Assembly (NCBI RefSeq): GCF_964355755.1
Contig: NC_092676.1
Span: forward strand, 7,665,888 to 7,729,887
Source of the DNA: Antedon mediterranea
Taxonomy: Eukaryota > Animalia > Echinodermata
Reading direction: 5' to 3'
DNA length: 64,000 nt
The translations under genes and the position numbers were made by a program. Under the pieces are notes generated by a model. The model ran no database searches, had not been told where the DNA came from, and saw only the letters and a program-made list of their open reading frames with translations. Shown here one piece after another: positions 51,638-64,000 of the stretch; the stretch's first letter is position 1, and each line of letters starts with the position of its first letter.

Positions 51638-51799
51638 TTCAAGTATTGTGGTAATGTTTATTGTTTTTAACCTTAATAATATGCAGGATGCCTTGAAAGT
51701 TGTTCGCATGATAGATGACAAAATTATATATGCACTAAATACATCAGTACCAACCACCTCATTTAAAGGACAGGTGAATGCTACAGAAAATGTATGAAT
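51638..51799 (+). pseudogene. Near-identical orphan copy of MIX23 intron 1 end plus most of exon 2
   Basis: Matches 53447-53604 almost exactly (one AAG>AAA change seen), then skips about 20 nt to the GTATGAAT donor sequence. Confidence 0.85.
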
Positions 51800-52608
51800 G
51801 AATTATAGGTCAACATTTGCATTTAAACATAATACAGTATAACCCACACTAAAAAATACTGCAGAACATCTTTATTTTGCATATGGACTATGGTGTATAA
51901 ATTCTGTGTCAGGAAAATAACCGCTACATTATTTTTGCTTGATGTTAGTGGAGTGGAAAAAAAATTATTAAAGAAAAGGCATTAGTAATTCTAATTTATG
52001 ATGTTTGATTCTTTTTTAAAAATCCATTAAATCAAAAATGCTTCTAAACTAAGATGAACAACTGCAATTTATCATTTTACAAATTGCAATATTTCATCAT
52101 CATAAAACACTACATAATTAATAGAATACTAATAATTATACATAATCTGAAATCAGCAATTTGGGAAGTCACACACAACGAACAAGTCTCATCTAAAAAT
52201 ATGATTATGTCATGATAATTGAATATTTCATAATTAAAATGTATTACAGTATTGTGCAATGAAAATAACCATATGCCTATATCCTGAACAAAAAAAACAC
52301 CGTTTCATTTTGTTTGTAAGACAAAAAAATTAGTAAGGCCTAGAGTTGAATCCCACACAAACCACCATTGAACACGAGGAGAAGGTTCAACTTGAATGAA
52401 GGCTGTCTTGTCCGCTGCTAGTTAGTGGGTTTCACCATACTATCATCGTTTTTGATTGATGATGGGTTACGTGAACATCTCAACTTTAGCGGCGATTTTA
52501 CGATTTTCCAGAGATCAAAGACAATTTACACTTAACATTTTAAGTTCTAGAGAGATTGAAGAGTATTATTGTATATTCTAAATGGAAATAATGTAACAAA
52601 ATACTTAC

Positions 52609-52966
52609 TTTAAACAAGAAATTAATTAAATCTTATGAGGGAAACCCCTTCTCTCCTTCCGCAACATGCGCAATGCAATTGAGCAGGCGCAGTAGAATTT
52701 CCATAGTGAGCCCTCTCTTGTTACGTAATTTACAATACATTCAGACTCTACCATTTTCTATGGTTCCCACGTGAAATTGGTAGAATTAAATACTTAATGT
52801 ATCTAAATAAGTAGATGCATACATAATAACATTTCCAAATACAGAAATTGTTATCTCGTTATTTATAGAATAAAATGTAATTTTAGGCCATTTTACTGTA
52901 TCACCTCTTGAAGTAACATACCCAACCGGTCAATCTAAATAGACGCGCCCGTCATCATAATCCAAC
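52609..52966. promoter_or_regulatory. Putative bidirectional promoter, KPNA / MIX23, including a candidate KPNA 5' UTR exon
   Basis: Minus-strand consensus donor AAA|GTAAGT at 52608, NRF1-like TGCGCA/GCGCA motifs at 52667-52691, and YY1-like CAACATGGC at the MIX23 ATG. Inference only. Confidence 0.45.
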
Positions 52967-54572
52967 ATGGCAGCTTCCATGGATAATGTGTCTTGCGGAG
53001 ATTTCGCTCATTTCCAGGTCTGTTTACAGCTTAATGGCTTTTCTAAGTCATTTCTGTATAATAATTATTTTTCTGAACACTTTATGTAAGCTTGATTAGC
53101 AACATAAATTTGTTAGGCCTACTTTTTATTATCCACACTGACATGTGTATGACTATGTCTATATGAATGATGATGATGATATAGCCTAGGCCTCCACCAG
53201 TAGTAGTAGTATCCCACAAAAAGAAAGATGTCCACTCAGAAGTCAAGAAGGGCTTGACCGTCAAAGAGTTAGACTAGAGTGGCCGGTTTGAACTTTTGTG
53301 TCCTAGAAGTTTTTGGTAGGTCTAGCCTCTAGGCCCCAGTTTAGGCCTACTAATGATTAACCTGTATCCATTTTTACTATACATAATTACATACTAGGCC
53401 TATCTACTGTATTTAGTAATAATACCTCATCTATTGTTTCATTTACTTCAAGTATTGTGGTAATGTTTATTGTTTTTAACCTTAATAATATGCAGGATGC
53501 CTTGAAAGTTGTTCGCATGATAGATGACAAGATTATATATGCACTAAATACATCAGTACCAACCACCTCATTTAAAGGACAGGTGAATGCTACAGAAAAA
53601 TGTAAACAATTATATGAAGAGGTATGAATCTAAAGTTGGTAATTGACAGCGATTAAAAACGTTTATTAATTTATTTTATTAATTTATGATGTAAAATGTC
53701 AGAGGAGAGAGGAAAGTTTTTTTTATATGTATATATATTGCACTGTACCAATAAAAATCAGATACTGTAGATAGATATCAGAACCTTAAAGTAAAGTATT
53801 CCAACATTTGATTTCTTTGTGTGAATTATTTTAGTTGATGAGTGCATATGACACTAGAGATAAAGCCATCAAACGTTGCATTAAGGAAGTCTCAGGCAAA
53901 ACGAATGATCTACGATCGGCCAGAGACAAGTCTCCAGATGATTTCTATGTCATTAAAGATCTTCGAAAAGAACAAACTAAGGTAAAATAGACCAGAAACC
54001 CCAGTGAAAGATGCCTTCTGGATTTTGTTCTTGGTCCAACTACTGTAGATACAGCAAGGTTATTTACTACAGTCAGAGTTGAGAATAGAAGAAGTTATTA
54101 AAGATAGGTCTTTATTTTTGTAACTGCCGTTTTACTTCAGTACATTGTCATTTTTAATTTCAGTTACGTTTACTACAGTCTGAATTGAGTATCGAAGAAG
54201 TTGTTAAAGATAGGTCACTGAAGGCAAGTACATTTTAGGCTTAGGCCCATATGCTTTTAAGAGAAGTTTGCACTGATAAAATGTATCTATCTCAATCTCT
54301 ACACTATTAAACTAGTTAGGCAAAAAGTTTGATATGCGCAAATATGGTAGTGATGTGACATCATCGTGTCCATATATGAGCACATCACATTTTTTGTTGC
54401 ATAATGTTGGATAGTTTAGACAGAGCTTTACTAAAAAAAATACCATTGTACGAGTGCCTTTTCCTAGTACACATGCTCCATATTTGTAGACAATGGCTTT
54501 TATTTTTCACAGGTATTTCACGAGCGCTGTCGTGGTCATTACATCCCTCCAAGACAGAAAGACACCTTATGA
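52967..54572 (+). CDS. MIX23: MIX23 / CCDC58 mitochondrial intermembrane-space protein, 147 aa, 5 exons
   Basis: Exons 52967-53017, 53496-53621, 53835-53981, 54164-54223 (GC donor), 54513-54572. [115 protein letters not shown] closely parallels human CCDC58, including four Cys. Confidence 0.94.
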
Positions 54573-55593
54573 CATTCCTAGAGCTAAGTAATCTTGAAAT
54601 GATGTATGCATGCCAAGAAGCTAAGAAACTGTAGCAATTTGTTAATTATGGATACCAGTGGATTTTTGATTGAATTTGATTGGTTGCTTGTCATTTTGAT
54701 CATTGTTGTTTGCCTTGTGATACAATTATTCGTTTATGTAAAATAATTGGCAAGTTAAAGCCCGTTTTCCAGTCGACGTTGAGTTGCGTTGAATTGCCCA
54801 GATTCAATGATATCACAGGAAAAGGGGGTAAAAATCAATGCTAAAAGTAATCTGATGATCCGAGTTCAACTTTACCAACAGATCAATCATCATAGTTTGT
54901 GAACAAAATATGTATGCGTTTTTTGCACACCTTTAAGGTCTGAAAATAAGTCTAAAAACTCTAATACAAATACAATTTAATTTTTGTAAGCATAGATTGA
55001 AATATAAGTATAAACATGGTTGGGTTCATGCAGCATCAAGAACCTGGGACTTTTCAAATGTTCATGCAGACTCGGCTGCGTGTAGACGACCTTTGGCAAT
55101 TTGAAAATTCAACGAAAATTGTCGTAACATTACGTTTATTGGAAAACAGGCTTTACAGACGAAATCACAATAGTTTATTAAATACATTATACAGCAACTT
55201 TCTTGTATTTTATACTGGATCAATAAAGAAATATAATTCAATTGTATTTTGCCAGTTATTGTTTCATTTCCGTCGATCAAATTGTTGTGCACATTTGATT
55301 GAAATTATGTTTCAGTAGTACTGTATTAATGACCTAAGAAAGGGAAAGACAGCTTAATATAAATCAGTTATACTAGTGACAAACAACAGAACTTATCTAT
55401 GAAACATTTATTTAAAATATACTATATATTTCCATACAAACAAGATATTAAAAATGTACGGTATAAATAGCGATGCGAGTTAATATGCCTACATTTATTT
55501 AAAAATATATCTAAACCTAAAAAGTTAAATCTATAATAGTTTAAAACATCAAAGTACCAAAAAACGCCAAAAAAACAAAAGTTTTTAAACGCG

Positions 55594-58500
55594 TTATTCA
55601 CGTGTGAGACCGTTGTTGTGTTGACCGTTTGTTTTCACATGACACTCTAATGTAATGTGTTCCGGAATGGATTGCCTCAGAGAACGGTTCATTCCTGTGG
55701 GGGAAATGAGCGATAGTTACGGTAATAATAGTAACAGAAATACAGTACTATGTTCCATAAACATAAACCCAGTCAGATACAACACATTAATGTATAATTA
55801 TCTTTTATACATAGTGTAGTCATAAAGCTCTGTCTATAGTAGTAGGGCACATCACATTTTTTTTGTTACATACAGTTTGATAGTGTAGACAGAGCTTAAT
55901 ATACACAGGGATATAATAGTAGGCCAGGTTGTTTTATTACGAGGTACAGTAGTTACATACCATTCTCACCATTCTCTAATTCGGTTTCCGCCTCAACAAT
56001 ATTGACCCATCCGTGGCCATACGCTGTCAGGGGATAGGCTGGTTCACCATGCTTGGCTATATCAAGTCCTAAAATTAAAAATATGACATTATTATGCAGT
56101 AGTCATAAATATTTGTGACCGATCATTATTAAATCATTAAAAAACAATTTACAATTTACCTTTTATTTCAATCGCTCTGCTAACTCTGAGGATACCTGCA
56201 GCTCGCATAGAACCAAACATTAGCAGGGAGGTGCACACTGACCAACTAAATATTGCGATTGCTCCAACTACATTCCATACAAGTCTCTGTCGTAGAAAAG
56301 GAACGATAACCCATTAAGTTCGGTAAACCAGGACACAGGCCTACTTTGTTTTTTCTATGTTTTTGCGCCGCGCCTTTAGGCAGTTATATTCAAGAGTACT
56401 GAATCATTAGGAAACTGTATCACGCGGAAGCTTTAGTTTACAAAGCTTGGTTCCCACTATAACGTAACGCAAGGACGTAAACGCAACGCAAGCGTTTTAA
56501 CCAATGACAAGCGAAGTTATAGACAGTTTAGCGTGGTTCCCACTAGCGACGCAACGCAAGGACGTAACGCAACGCAAGTGAATTGACCAATCACAAGCGA
56601 TGGCTTATTCGCTTGTGATTGCTAAAGCTTCTTTAAATGTAGAATGAGCAACAATTAAAACTGTTACGTCAAAAAGTCAAGCGGCATATTTGGTTTATTT
56701 TATTCCTAATTCATCGAAACTTCAACAAATCGCAAAAGGTCGGATTTAGGCCTACGGCTAAATTGATATGAATAAAGCGACAATGTTATTTAAAAATATA
56801 AAGATCGAATCCATGGGTTTTAATATAAGTAGTACTACAAAGCTTACCAGTCCGGAGTCTGAATCCCATGAATACACGATACCAGTGTCTCTTGCGAAAA
56901 ATGTGACTGCGATAATGCCCCAGAAACCACCTCCCATATGAACTAATACAGAAATAAGATTTTCAAGAATTGTTACGTCACGGATCATAAAGATAATTGC
57001 TTTTTAGAGCGTATAGTACAGACTAAAATGAATCATCTTTCACATTTGAACATAAGAACAATAGTATTGGAAAATATTGGATAATATGAAGAAAGGAGGC
57101 ACCGACAATTATAAAGATAATGGCCGGGGAAATTGAAGAGAATGGATATGTCAAATTCGGAAAAAACATGACGTGGAAAAAACATGACGTGGAAAAAACT
57201 ACGTACCAGCGACAGCATCGAGGGGGTCATCGATCTTTATTTTTACCATCAACCTGGTTGTCAGCATATAAACAACACCAGCTATCATACCGATCACAAA
57301 TGCACCCCAGCGATCCACTGCATCACAACCAGCACATATGGCAACCTGAATTGAAAGAAAATAGCTCTATATAAAGCGTGTTTCCCACTAGCGACGCAAC
57401 GTACCCAACGTAACAAAAATCGCCTTCCAATATTTATGTTTCTCCCACCTACGTGAAATCAAACCTGCGATGTTTGCAGCACTGCGCTTTTTTTAAATCG
57501 TAAATTTTGCCAGTGTTGACAAGTTTGCAATCTCGAGCAAGCTTCCATAGACTTGTTTTTAAACTGATTTCGGACAATTTAGAAAGCTTTAGACATACTT
57601 GACAAACTCGATGTTTACCCGAGTTTGCTACAAAAGTTTGCAACAAAACCTTGTCTAGATTAGAATGTGTTTTTTTAAGTTTGTGAGGTTCTCTCATGTA
57701 ACCTATTATACTTTAAACATCTATAATTATACCCACCATTCCAGTGAGACCGCCGTTGATGGTTGTGAGTAGACTCCAATGATTCTCTTTGTAAAACACA
57801 AGCTTGCTGAACAGTGCGCACAAAGCACCGACACCGCCAGACAGCACTGTATTTACAATTGATTCAGCAACTACGACACCGTCACCAGGGTTTGAAATGC
57901 TTCCCTGAGATCCACCATTAAACCCAAGGAAGCCAAAAAACAGAATGAATCCGCCCAATGCAACTAACTATGAAATTAAACACATTCATAAAATTAAATA
58001 TGAACCAAACTGACCGAGATGACAGCAAGACTCGTTTCTATATGACTTGCGATAGTCAGTTAGGATCTATCTAGTGACAGCTGCAGAATTGGGTTATATG
58101 AATTATTCATACACATTTCTTTTTAAAAGGAATAACAAATAACTGTATTTAAAGCTACTTTAAAAGGAAAAGTACCGCCTTTATGATTGAAAGTTTACTT
58201 CTTTACTTTATGATGAATATTTTACTTTTTACTTGAATGAATATTAAACCATCTCAAATCACATCCCACGTAAAGGTTTTGTCATTTATAGCCTTAGATT
58301 TAACCCTATTAGTCTATTTTTAGGTCTATATTATATTAATCCACGCGAATTAAGATAAATCCGAAGTAAAAGCTCTGACTAGACAATTTAGATTTTTAGA
58401 GAAAACCACCAGATGAGCTACACAAAACAAATTCGCACATATTTTAACCTACCGGTACAGTGTGCCCCTTTATTTCTTGTCCTTTTTCGTCTTTTTTGTC

Positions 58501-61420
58501 AAATCGTCCAATACGTGGACCAAGAATTGTGGCACCTATTAGGGCTACAGCACCACCGAGAATATGCACAACTGCACTGCCAGCAAAATCCTTGATTGGA
58601 ACAAAAGGGTATTAAACACGATTAATTCTATTAATAATGTACGATGATGCGATTGTTGCCACACAGATTGTTAGATTATGCCTTATTGCATCATTTTCAA
58701 TTCCAATAGGCCTACACTACAATGCAACCAGGACCATCACCATATCTCAACCCTTGCCGAAATGGGACGATTTTAGTTATCAATAACATGTTTACTTAAT
58801 ATTATTAGATATTGGTTATATGTTATTCAAACCAACAAAGTAAATTTCTTTATGTTATGATTTACAAATCAGAAAAATAGAGCGAAATGAAGACTGTTGG
58901 GCTATGCAATATTCCTTTTTCAATAGTTATATTTGGGTTGCACAAAACGTTTATGATAAATATTATAGTTTTATACATAAGTTAAAATTACGTTTAATAG
59001 ATATTAAAAATGTTTTGATAAAATTGATTCATTTTCTAGATTGAATTATTTTGGTAGATTTAGACAAGATATTGCTTTAGAAAGATTATTAAAGAATTTA
59101 AAATAAAACAAGTTTAGATTAGGTATTCTTGATCGCGAAATTGAAAAAGGACGGTGGACAAGAACACAAAAAGAGGAAAGAATGTTTAAAGCCTATTTTA
59201 AATTTTAAATGGCCTACGTATGTATATAGGACACCGTACCTGAAATCCAATGTGTTCATAGCCAGGCATCTCTGTCAACCATCCATCACCAGACCACGCC
59301 CAGTGTGTTACAATGGGATAAATGAATCCTAAAGAAATGCACATACGATTTCATTAGAAAATGGAAATACTAAGATGAGTTTGTATGTTTCAAAACCATC
59401 GAACGTGATGGAGGACAAAAAGAACACCGAAAAAAAAAGAAGAATAATATATGAATAGGAATTTAACGTAATGGAGTTTTGTACAATAATTTACCTTTAA
59501 AGTATTATAGAGGTTGGACTTCAGTTTGTTAACGATCATAAACAACTGTATAGGCCTATGGGAGGCCTAAAACTATATTAGGATCAGGGAAGAGTGGTAG
59601 GATTATCGATGCAAACGAAAATGATAAAATAAGGATCTAAATACCTTTTATTACCCATTATTCTTTTGTTGTTATGGTTGAAGTTGCATAACACACACAC
59701 CAGTTTTAACCGTCAATGAAACCCGTTTTAACCGTCAATGAAACCCGTTTTACCCGTCAATGAAACCCGTTAACCGTCAATAAAAACAGTTGAAACTTGA
59801 AACATACCTGTTAATATTACACTATAAACAAGATATGCAATGAACTCTGTTCGTTCTGCCATCGACCCAGAGACGATCGTTGCAGCTGTGGCAGCGAATA
59901 CAAACTGAAAGAACCAGTCGTCTACCTCATCCTGCGGCATATCAATCATGAAGAACCAATTCGTACCGATAAACTTGTTACCGGGTCCATAAGCAAAGGC
60001 GTAGCCAACAGCCCAGTAAAACACACTTCCGATACCTATCAGAAAGGAATGATTAAACAGTTACCTGCTGGCCTAAATCATCGGGAGAGGAATGGCTGTG
60101 CCAATGAATCGGTTTACCTCTTGTCTTTTCATCATGATAGTTTTAAACAATTGGCATCTTAAACTCATGTCCAATCGCTTTCCTGTCGGCCATCACTATT
60201 GTAATCTTGGATTAATTTTTTTTTTTCATATTATTTTACACAGATAGTATATATGTGGTCTTTGGTTAGAAATTTTAACTTGCCGATAATAAACCTCAAA
60301 ATATCGATTAATATGCTAGTTAGAATACTTACAGACATCCAAGAAGTTTTTGATTAAAATGTTGGTAGTATTTTTACTTCTTACTGATCCAGCCTCCAAG
60401 AATGCAAATCCACACTGCATAACTTTGAAAAGAATCGGAAAAATAAAAATAAAAAGCGACAATATTTTAAATCTAGTGCTTCAGGCGGATCTGTGAAAAT
60501 TTGCTCAAAAACTATCTATGCCTTGTTGAATTGCTGTCTTTTCTCTCGGAGATGGCCAATTTATTTTTGTCATTGCTGTAATTATTTATACATTTTATTT
60601 AAATATATATATTTCGGTATATTTTATTGAACATATAAATAAATAAAACAAATATTATAACTATTTAGTCCAATGAGCTGAATTGCAGAAATAATATACA
60701 TTGACAACATCAATAAAGTTACGAAAAATACAATTTATACAAAAAACGTATTTAGTTTAAAAAAACCTTTATATTAATTGAATTGTTATTTGATGTTATT
60801 GTCTTGTCAAATTGTATTGTGGTGCGAGTCCCTATTGATTAGCTTCAGCTGGATGGACCATGGTTAAAAAATGTTGAAATAAAAATTAAATTTGCTCAAA
60901 TCAAACGAAAAGAAAAGAGTTATAAAAGTTGAAATTACGATGGGTGAACCTAATTAAATCTAAGATGAGTTACCGTATTTAAAAAAATAATTTACACAAT
61001 ATTTTTTATTAAGGGGAAAATAAATAGTAATACTTAGATACCGATTTTGTTTACCCAAATATTTATAAATTTAAAATGTTGATGTGTAGCAAAAAGTTAA
61101 CATTTATTGAGAATTATATGTAGGCCTATTATTATTATAAAGCACACAAAATAATGTATACAGTATAAGTACAAGCAACAACTGCACAAACAGATTGGAA
61201 TAAAAAAAAATCTCGAAGAAGAAATGGATGGTGTATCTAATTGTAAGCCTGATAAAACTCTTTTCAAGTTTTTAAATAACATAATATTAAACAATCAGAA
61301 CTTACAGAATATCATGCATGCCATCATGATCTTAAAGAACAGATCGGAGTTATTTTGTAGTGCCACCAGGCCCGTTTCAAGCACCAAGAGCCGCTCATCA
61401 TCCGTCATATTCACAGCCAT
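55594..61420 (-). CDS. Amt: Ammonium transporter (Amt/AMT1-type), 486 aa, 11 exons
   Basis: Exons 61420-61306, 60422-60333, 60035-59808, 59328-59240, 58590-58453, 57967-57737, 57345-57207, 56942-56848, 56286-56160, 56068-55961, 55694-55594 sum to 1461 nt. Motifs [66 protein letters not shown], twin His (GHTVP; AVAVHMGGG), [17 protein letters not shown]. Confidence 0.95.
59704..59781. repeat. 22-bp tandem repeat, about 3.5 copies
   Basis: TTTTAACCGTCAATGAAACCCG repeated next to an Amt donor site. Confidence 0.8.
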
Positions 61421-62325
61421 GTTTAACTAGTGTTTGGTCGGTATCACCACTACAATTACAAAGTCTCCCGGCCTTCGTAATGTATTTCTTCACTATGAAG
61501 AAAACGTATAAAAGCCGGCTGATTAAAAACCACTGGATTCTTCCATTATGGATTAAGTATGGGATCCATGAATCAAAATTAATTTAAAAGTCTCACGGCG
61601 TTTCAAAATAAATTTGACAATAACAGGTACTATCAAATTTGATTTTTTTAAAAGAAAATATTAAATATTTTATGATATCTTACACATTCCTTTTTTAGTG
61701 GTATATCACAAGAATGTGCTCATTTGCATACCGTAACACCCGTATTGAAATAATAAGAGCCACAACAAACTTTTTTTGTTATATTTAGGCCAATCAGATC
61801 AGAGCATTACCGCGTGACAGACGAGTGTTTTAGTTTACTAAAAGTTAATGATATCGTGATCAAATAATTATAGGAAAAATTAATATCTTCATTTTTAGCC
61901 AGGAAAAATTATAATTAAAGATGTATTTATTATTCAGAGACTGAAGTTGTAATTCTTGTTTCTTAGGCCTATTGTTATTTTCTTCATAAATTAATGCACT
62001 AACAAAAATCAGTGGTTCTACAGTGGTACGAGATGTACTGCTGAGAATAAAACAGTATAAAGCTTGGTTCTTCCAGCGACAAACGCAATGACGTAGACGC
62101 AACGCAAGCGAGTTGACCAATGACAAGCGACAGTTCGAATACGTTGCGTTGTGGGAACCAAGCATATTTCTTCCATCTTCAATGAGAAATCTACCAATTA
62201 CATCAGACATTTTGTTTTAAAATGCTTAATAAAACAGACATATGGAACAATACCGTATAGGCCTGGATGTTGTAGACTCGGTTTGAAACAGCTAGGGTGA
62301 GTAACCGACACGGAGTTGGTAACAT

Positions 62326-62626
62326 GAATTGAATTGAATTGAATTGAAATATATATTTATACTGGGTAACCTCTTCAGTCAAAGACTCGTCTCCCAGAGG
62401 GCCCAGTTGGTGATCAGTGGCTGTGGTGTACTAATACACCGGGGTAACCCCCTACTCGTCTCGAAAGATGTACTAGGTTCTTTAAAGTGCACACGAGCTA
62501 GATGTGTACACTGGACCTACGGTTTATAGTCCTTATCCGAGAAGACTCGTTCTACCACCAGAACCATGGAGTGAGTGAGCCTCGAACCCATGCCGTTGTT
62601 ATGGCTACGTAATTACGGTTCCACTG
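62326..62626 (-). mobile_element. Best-preserved Deu/Nin-domain tRNA SINE, with (ATTCA)n tail
   Basis: On the minus strand: B-box GGTTCGAGGC, core CGGATAAGGACTATAAACCGTAGGTCC..GAGTAGGGGGTTACCCCGGTGT, and a (TGAAT)n tail as read on the plus strand. Confidence 0.75.
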
Positions 62627-64000
62627 TTTTTTTACATTGTGTCTACCTATTCCAGAATTAAGCATAATTTACAAAAATAAAAAGATGATGGTTGCATGAT
62701 ATTTATTGTCACAAGCCATATAACACTGTTTTTATATCGGATTTCAAGCCTTATTCAATTCATAAATTGAATTGATTGAATAAAGTGTTCCAACTGTTCA
62801 TATTATCTTCGACAATGGAATGAGTCTATTAGAGAAATCCATTACAACAATAGGATTAAGTTCTATAATGTTCGTACAAATAGTTCTGAAGTTTGTGACT
62901 ATACTGCTCAAATTCTCCTGAAAACGTGTATATTGGACTCCTCCCACGTCACCACAACATGTGGTTATATAAAGTGTTTGAAAGTCAAACGTCAGGTAAG
63001 GTCAAGAATTAACTAAGATAACTTAAGTGGATTTAATACAAAGAAAACGATTTTGAAATATTTCCAATTTTAGAATAATACCCGGTAAAATATAGACAAA
63101 AAAATCAACTATAATAAAGGAAAGAATCAGGATTTTTACCGCTAAGGCTAATCTCAATTTTTACAATACTTAGGCCTAGTTTTAATAATTCTTTTTTACA
63201 GGATTCAGAAGTATGAATGCTAATGAGATCAGTCTGTAAAACTGGAGCATTTTAAGCATCCTATTATTAGGTTTAATCGTATATTTAGGACGGATTAAAG
63301 AAGAAATATCTATACTGAGTTTCATTCTATTGCTCCAAGTCTGTAATTATTGTGTTTTTTTATGTTAGTCCACCCGTCAGCGTTTCGATTTTTGGCTGAA
63401 AATACAAAAATTATGAGCTTAAGTATTATACGTATGAAACGTCATATGTGCCGAAATATTTAACTTGTTAATAATTTCGGTTATATCATTTACTGTAGGA
63501 CTTCTCCTTCGGAACAACGCTCACGATATTATTACAACGTATTAATTAATCTAAGTTAATTACCGTTAGGGGTACTTTGCATTACTTTATTTATGTTCTT
63601 GTTCAGTGGCTACGGACTTGTCAACTAATTGTAAAAAGAATATCTATGTAAATACTTTAAAATATTAATTAATAAATAGACTAACTAATAGAATTGTGTC
63701 TATAATGGGGTGTGAAAGTTGTCGTATTCGATTAGGAACTTTCGTAGTCAAAATAAAGATTCCTTGAGTACTAGACAGTATTGGAATGGTAAACGTAAAC
63801 GGATTGTGCTCAACAGAAACTTCATTCGAATAGAACATGTTAACAACGCAAGCTTGTTCGTTCAGAACAATCTTAACGCTCAAAATACTTCGTTAAATAA
63901 GTACTCAACGGAAAAACTATACTCAACGGCAAAAGTCCTAATCGAATACGACAATCGACTCCCAGATGATTTTGTTGTTTGCTATTTGTTTTGTAGCCTA

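Overview
AT-rich, intron-rich eukaryotic DNA, probably from an invertebrate deuterostome (inferred from Deu/Nin-domain SINEs, vertebrate-like proteins and retention of an Amt gene). Most entries in the ORF track are spurious. By manual splicing I reconstruct five multi-exon genes. These are TGFBRAP1/Vps3 (minus strand, 16 coding exons, runs off the left edge), FAM162 (plus), importin-alpha of the KPNA1/5/6 subfamily (minus, 13 coding exons, 531 aa), MIX23/CCDC58 (plus, 147 aa, one GC-AG intron) and an AMT1-type ammonium transporter (minus, 11 exons, 486 aa). Between KPNA and MIX23 lies a young Rex1/Babar-type LINE, broken by an 850-bp internal duplication that itself carries two deletions. Introns hold many TIR MITEs (Harbinger-, mariner/pogo- and Kolobok-like), SINEs and minisatellites, two of which grew out of MITEs. 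The most notable observations are the FAM162-KPNA-MIX23 microsynteny shared with human 3q21, the template-switch-like LINE architecture, two extra local copies of MIX23 exons, and a perfect G-quadruplex-motif minisatellite. I found no clearly novel protein-coding system. Coordinates were counted by hand and family calls rest on recalled motifs, not database searches.
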